From IMG/VR virus record IMGVR_UViG_3300033559_000291, positions 1 to 26,957 of that record: DNA of 26,957 nucleotides. The stretch is one strand, 5' to 3'. The notes below the pieces were generated by a model. It ran no database searches and was not told the origin of the DNA. It was given only the letters and a program-made list of their open reading frames with translations. The position numbers and the translations under genes were made by a program. Origin of the DNA: a virus (lineage: Duplodnaviria; Caudoviricetes). Below, piece by piece: positions 24,101 through 26,957 of this stretch (the stretch's first letter is position 1; each line of letters opens with the position of its first letter).

Positions 24101-24873
24101 TGCAAATTTGGGATAAAGTAATCACTGTACAAAAAGTTGCTGTTGATACCCAGTTGCAATACAAAATAGTGCAAAAGGATGATGGAACGGCGGTTATTAT
24201 TGATAGGGGGAGCCGTTCGGACATCTATAGTGGCTCCTTTACTTGCATTGCAAAAACTGCCGAAATCTATGACATTATGCAACAGATTCGCCGTGATAGC
24301 CATATTGGAATAAGCAATTGCAATCCCGATGAAGCTCTTTTTGGTGAAAATGTGGACTATACCAATTCTATTGGGTGTGCGGTTTTGGAGATTGGGGATA
24401 TTCGGCACCGCTCCTATACTACCTCAGAAATTACCCTCAAAGTACAAGCCGAACAGGGAGATACTCCGCTCTCTTTTGTGGGAAATTCGGCATTGCCCCA
24501 AATGAAATGTATTTCAAATGGATGGTCTATAAAGAGCCGATTGGGGCAGACTTTTTACGATTCATATTTTGGAAATCAGTTTGTCAGTGACTCTTTGAGA
24601 GATATTTTTCAGTGCGAACTTTCGGCAACGATAACCCTTGCAGATGCAATCAGTTTGCTCAATTGGTTTCGACTGCAAAGAGGAGCTACTTTCACGATGA
24701 ATCAAGCTGATTGGGGTATTGCATATCCTTTTGGAAAAGGGATTGATAATGGAGGACTGGTAACCGAAAGTTTTTCCTATCCTTTTACAGCTCGGATGCT
24801 CTCTCTTACTGTTGACAGAATTGCTCCAACGCATAGAAGAGTTACCATGATACTTGAAAAGGAATCGCAATGA
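24100..24873 (+). CDS. Putative distal tail / tail-tip protein
   Basis: 257 aa directly after the tape measure; TGATG coupling. Confidence 0.55.
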   Translation: MQIWDKVITVQKVAVDTQLQYKIVQKDDGTAVIIDRGSRSDIYSGSFTCIAKTAEIYDIMQQIRRDSHIGISNCNPDEALFGENVDYTNSIGCAVLEIGDIRHRSYTTSEITLKVQAEQGDTPLSFVGNSALPQMKCISNGWSIKSRLGQTFYDSYFGNQFVSDSLRDIFQCELSATITLADAISLLNWFRLQRGATFTMNQADWGIAYPFGKGIDNGGLVTESFSYPFTARMLSLTVDRIAPTHRRVTMILEKESQ

Positions 24874-26957
24874 ACTATAATATTATCCATTACGCTTGTG
24901 TCATTGACACAGGAACCACAGAAACGATGGAGTCTATTGGGTTGCACAATGGCAAAATCAAGATTATCAGCGATGGGTGTCAACTCGCACCATCAGCATG
25001 TTTTGAGGATGATACACTCGTTGGTGATAATTGGGTGAATCTCTTCAAGCTCGAAGGACTTGCCCAAACTGGCACCCGTATAGATATTGTCACTGGTGGA
25101 GATTATGCCTATCTCACTGGTATGAATGTTATTCTTGCCAACCAAACGCTTGATGGTACGATGCCCTATCATGAGGCACTGCAACAGTTACAACAGTCAT
25201 GGCTCATTGGTGCAGGTATTCAGTTCTTTGTTGTGTGTGATAGAGAACGCTTCATACAGCGGTGGGAAGGTGTTATTGATAACATTGCATTCACTGATGA
25301 GGACTTTACATTTAGTGCTGTAGATAAGCTTGTAAAGAAGTTTAAACAGCTACCTCAAGTAGCAGGTGACCAAATAGCTATTGGAAATATCAAGTATGCA
25401 CCAATGAAATTGGTATCCAAAGAGGAAGAAACAGTATTGCTTGAGTCTCATACCATTGCAAGAATCCTCCCTTATGGTGAACAGTATTGTGATGGTACTT
25501 ATGCACAAAATGCGGAGGGTTGGAGTGCATCAATGTGGGGAAGTGATATGGATATTGTGGGCTTTGGCGTACAGAAACAGTACCCCAGCCAACTTGCTCA
25601 AAGTGCAGTAGCTTACTTCGGACAAAGAATCCTTACTCCAATGAACAACAGGGACTATTGGATTATCCTTGAGCTATCACAAGAGCAACCCGACTGGATA
25701 GGCAAGACTATTACCATTCAGGATAATGACTATCTTATCATTGATACCAAACTGGATATTATACCTGACAGTATAACCCTAACAAATCCAGTACCTGAAC
25801 CTGCATTGTGGGTATTGGCTAAAGACTTTGATGCTGATTTGACAACAGAAGCTCTGTTTGGTGTACCTAAGAGTATTCGGTATGCAGCCAATTGTGTTAA
25901 TGTAGCCGATGCCACAGCAGTCCTTGACTCACTTAAACAGTTCAGCACTGAAAAGGTATTGTGCACAATCAGTAATAAACTCAAGGTATTACAGTTCAGT
26001 AAGGATGTATCGCTTGTTGACCTTGTTACTGATGCTGATGGTAACATAATCTTTTATACAAAAAGTGCTGATGGCACAATGGTTGAGGTGAAGATAGATG
26101 GTAAAATTGATGCTGAGAATAACATCGTTATCATCAATGAGACCCGCAGAAGAGAGATTGTTACACCTGATAGAGTGACTGTTTCAAGCTCAAAGGGTAT
26201 GGGTTGGCAAGCACAATTTACTCCTGATGAGTATGAACCTATCTATAACGACCCTCTTGGATTCCAATACAGTGATACTACCAAGTGGAGTGGTAGCGAC
26301 TACAACCTTAGAGAAGTGTATAATGGTAAGAATCTTTCAAGACAGATTAACCCTGATATTAAGTGCATCTATGCATCATCATCAACTGACCTTGAGACTG
26401 GTAAACTGAATCCAATCAAGCTGTATATGGAGTTTGATGACCTTGATATTGAACAGGACTACAAGCCATACATCTTTATGCAGTCTGATTACTACGAGGG
26501 GCAACAGTGGGCAGCAACTTATGATAGTGCAGAAAACCATCATCCCCCTGTAGTATTGCCATATAACAGTACACTTGATGTGCCTGATACAGATCCAAAT
26601 CATCAAGAGTCTAATAACAGCGACAGTAACTTATGGTTTGGTAACCGCTCACCAACTCATGATGTTAACAGCAGGTCGATTTGGGCTGATGTATGGGTAT
26701 GCAACATTTATCCTGTTATCATTCATGGGCAACACGGGCTTATTACTGCATCGAGTTTGGATAGCAATTTCTTGCCAGTAGTGCCATATACATTTGATAT
26801 GCCTAAGCGTGTTGGTCGGTCTGATGCTTTGAGGCTTACTGTAGAGAATCCTGACTTTCCTGATGATGGTAGATACACTAAGATGTATGCATATCAAGCT
26901 GTACTACCTTATGCTGTAACAACAGCCCCTATTGAATTGCTACCTGATAATGATTCT
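24870..26957 (+). CDS. Large tail-tip/baseplate hub-like protein, 3'-truncated (696 codons visible)
   Basis: ATG at 24870 (ATGA overlap, AAGGA RBS); frame open to the window end (MNYNIIHYACVIDTG...IELLPDNDS); absent from the ORF track because no stop is reached. Confidence 0.75.
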   Translation, partial: MNYNIIHYACVIDTGTTETMESIGLHNGKIKIISDGCQLAPSACFEDDTLVGDNWVNLFKLEGLAQTGTRIDIVTGGDYAYLTGMNVILANQTLDGTMPYHEALQQLQQSWLIGAGIQFFVVCDRERFIQRWEGVIDNIAFTDEDFTFSAVDKLVKKFKQLPQVAGDQIAIGNIKYAPMKLVSKEEETVLLESHTIARILPYGEQYCDGTYAQNAEGWSASMWGSDMDIVGFGVQKQYPSQLAQSAVAYFGQRILTPMNNRDYWIILELSQEQPDWIGKTITIQDNDYLIIDTKLDIIPDSITLTNPVPEPALWVLAKDFDADLTTEALFGVPKSIRYAANCVNVADATAVLDSLKQFSTEKVLCTISNKLKVLQFSKDVSLVDLVTDADGNIIFYTKSADGTMVEVKIDGKIDAENNIVIINETRRREIVTPDRVTVSSSKGMGWQAQFTPDEYEPIYNDPLGFQYSDTTKWSGSDYNLREVYNGKNLSRQINPDIKCIYASSSTDLETGKLNPIKLYMEFDDLDIEQDYKPYIFMQSDYYEGQQWAATYDSAENHHPPVVLPYNSTLDVPDTDPNHQESNNSDSNLWFGNRSPTHDVNSRSIWADVWVCNIYPVIIHGQHGLITASSLDSNFLPVVPYTFDMPKRVGRSDALRLTVENPDFPDDGRYTKMYAYQAVLPYAVTTAPIELLPDNDS

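Larger units (their letters stand above)
1..26957. mobile_element. Tailed phage (siphovirus-like) genome segment; whole window is phage-like
   Basis: Endolysin, recombination, replication, terminase, portal, capsid, tail tube and tape measure genes in typical modular order; no host housekeeping genes and no tail sheath seen. Confidence 0.95.

Noticed and set aside
15560-24335. Other CCCGATGA occurrences (about 15564, 20846, 24325)
   Set aside because: In coding sequence as Pro-Asp-Asp/Glu codons and lacking the closing stem of the scaffold-leader hairpins
13440-24408. Long antisense and alternate-frame ORFs across the structural module
   Set aside because: Shadows of well-supported + strand genes; no motifs recognised

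Overview
This window is part of a tailed dsDNA phage genome with siphovirus-type morphogenesis genes; it is AT-rich and uses the standard genetic code. Left to right it holds: the end of an unknown ORF; a solitary type I-C CRISPR-repeat-like element followed by a spacer-length segment and a terminator; a DUF1353-like gene; an Amidase_3 endolysin with small partners; a leftward lipoprotein operon; and two small genes, each behind an identical 48-bp promoter, one encoding an extremely acidic protein. Next come a PD-(D/E)XK nuclease plus Gp3-like recombination pair, small regulators and Cys-rich ORFs, and an HNH-AP2 endonuclease. These are followed by a divergent switch region, a replication initiator with internal iterons, and a DnaB helicase. 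The rest is the late module: terminase, portal, head, neck, tail tube, chaperones, tape measure and tail-tip genes, the last running off the window. I see no integrase, CI repressor, cas gene, tRNA or multi-repeat CRISPR array. The best novelty candidates are the crRNA-mimic unit at 321-424, the duplicated promoter with the acidic protein (3060-3810), and twin hairpins with identical loops over the scaffold RBS (16792-16831). All family assignments come from motif recognition by eye, not database searches.
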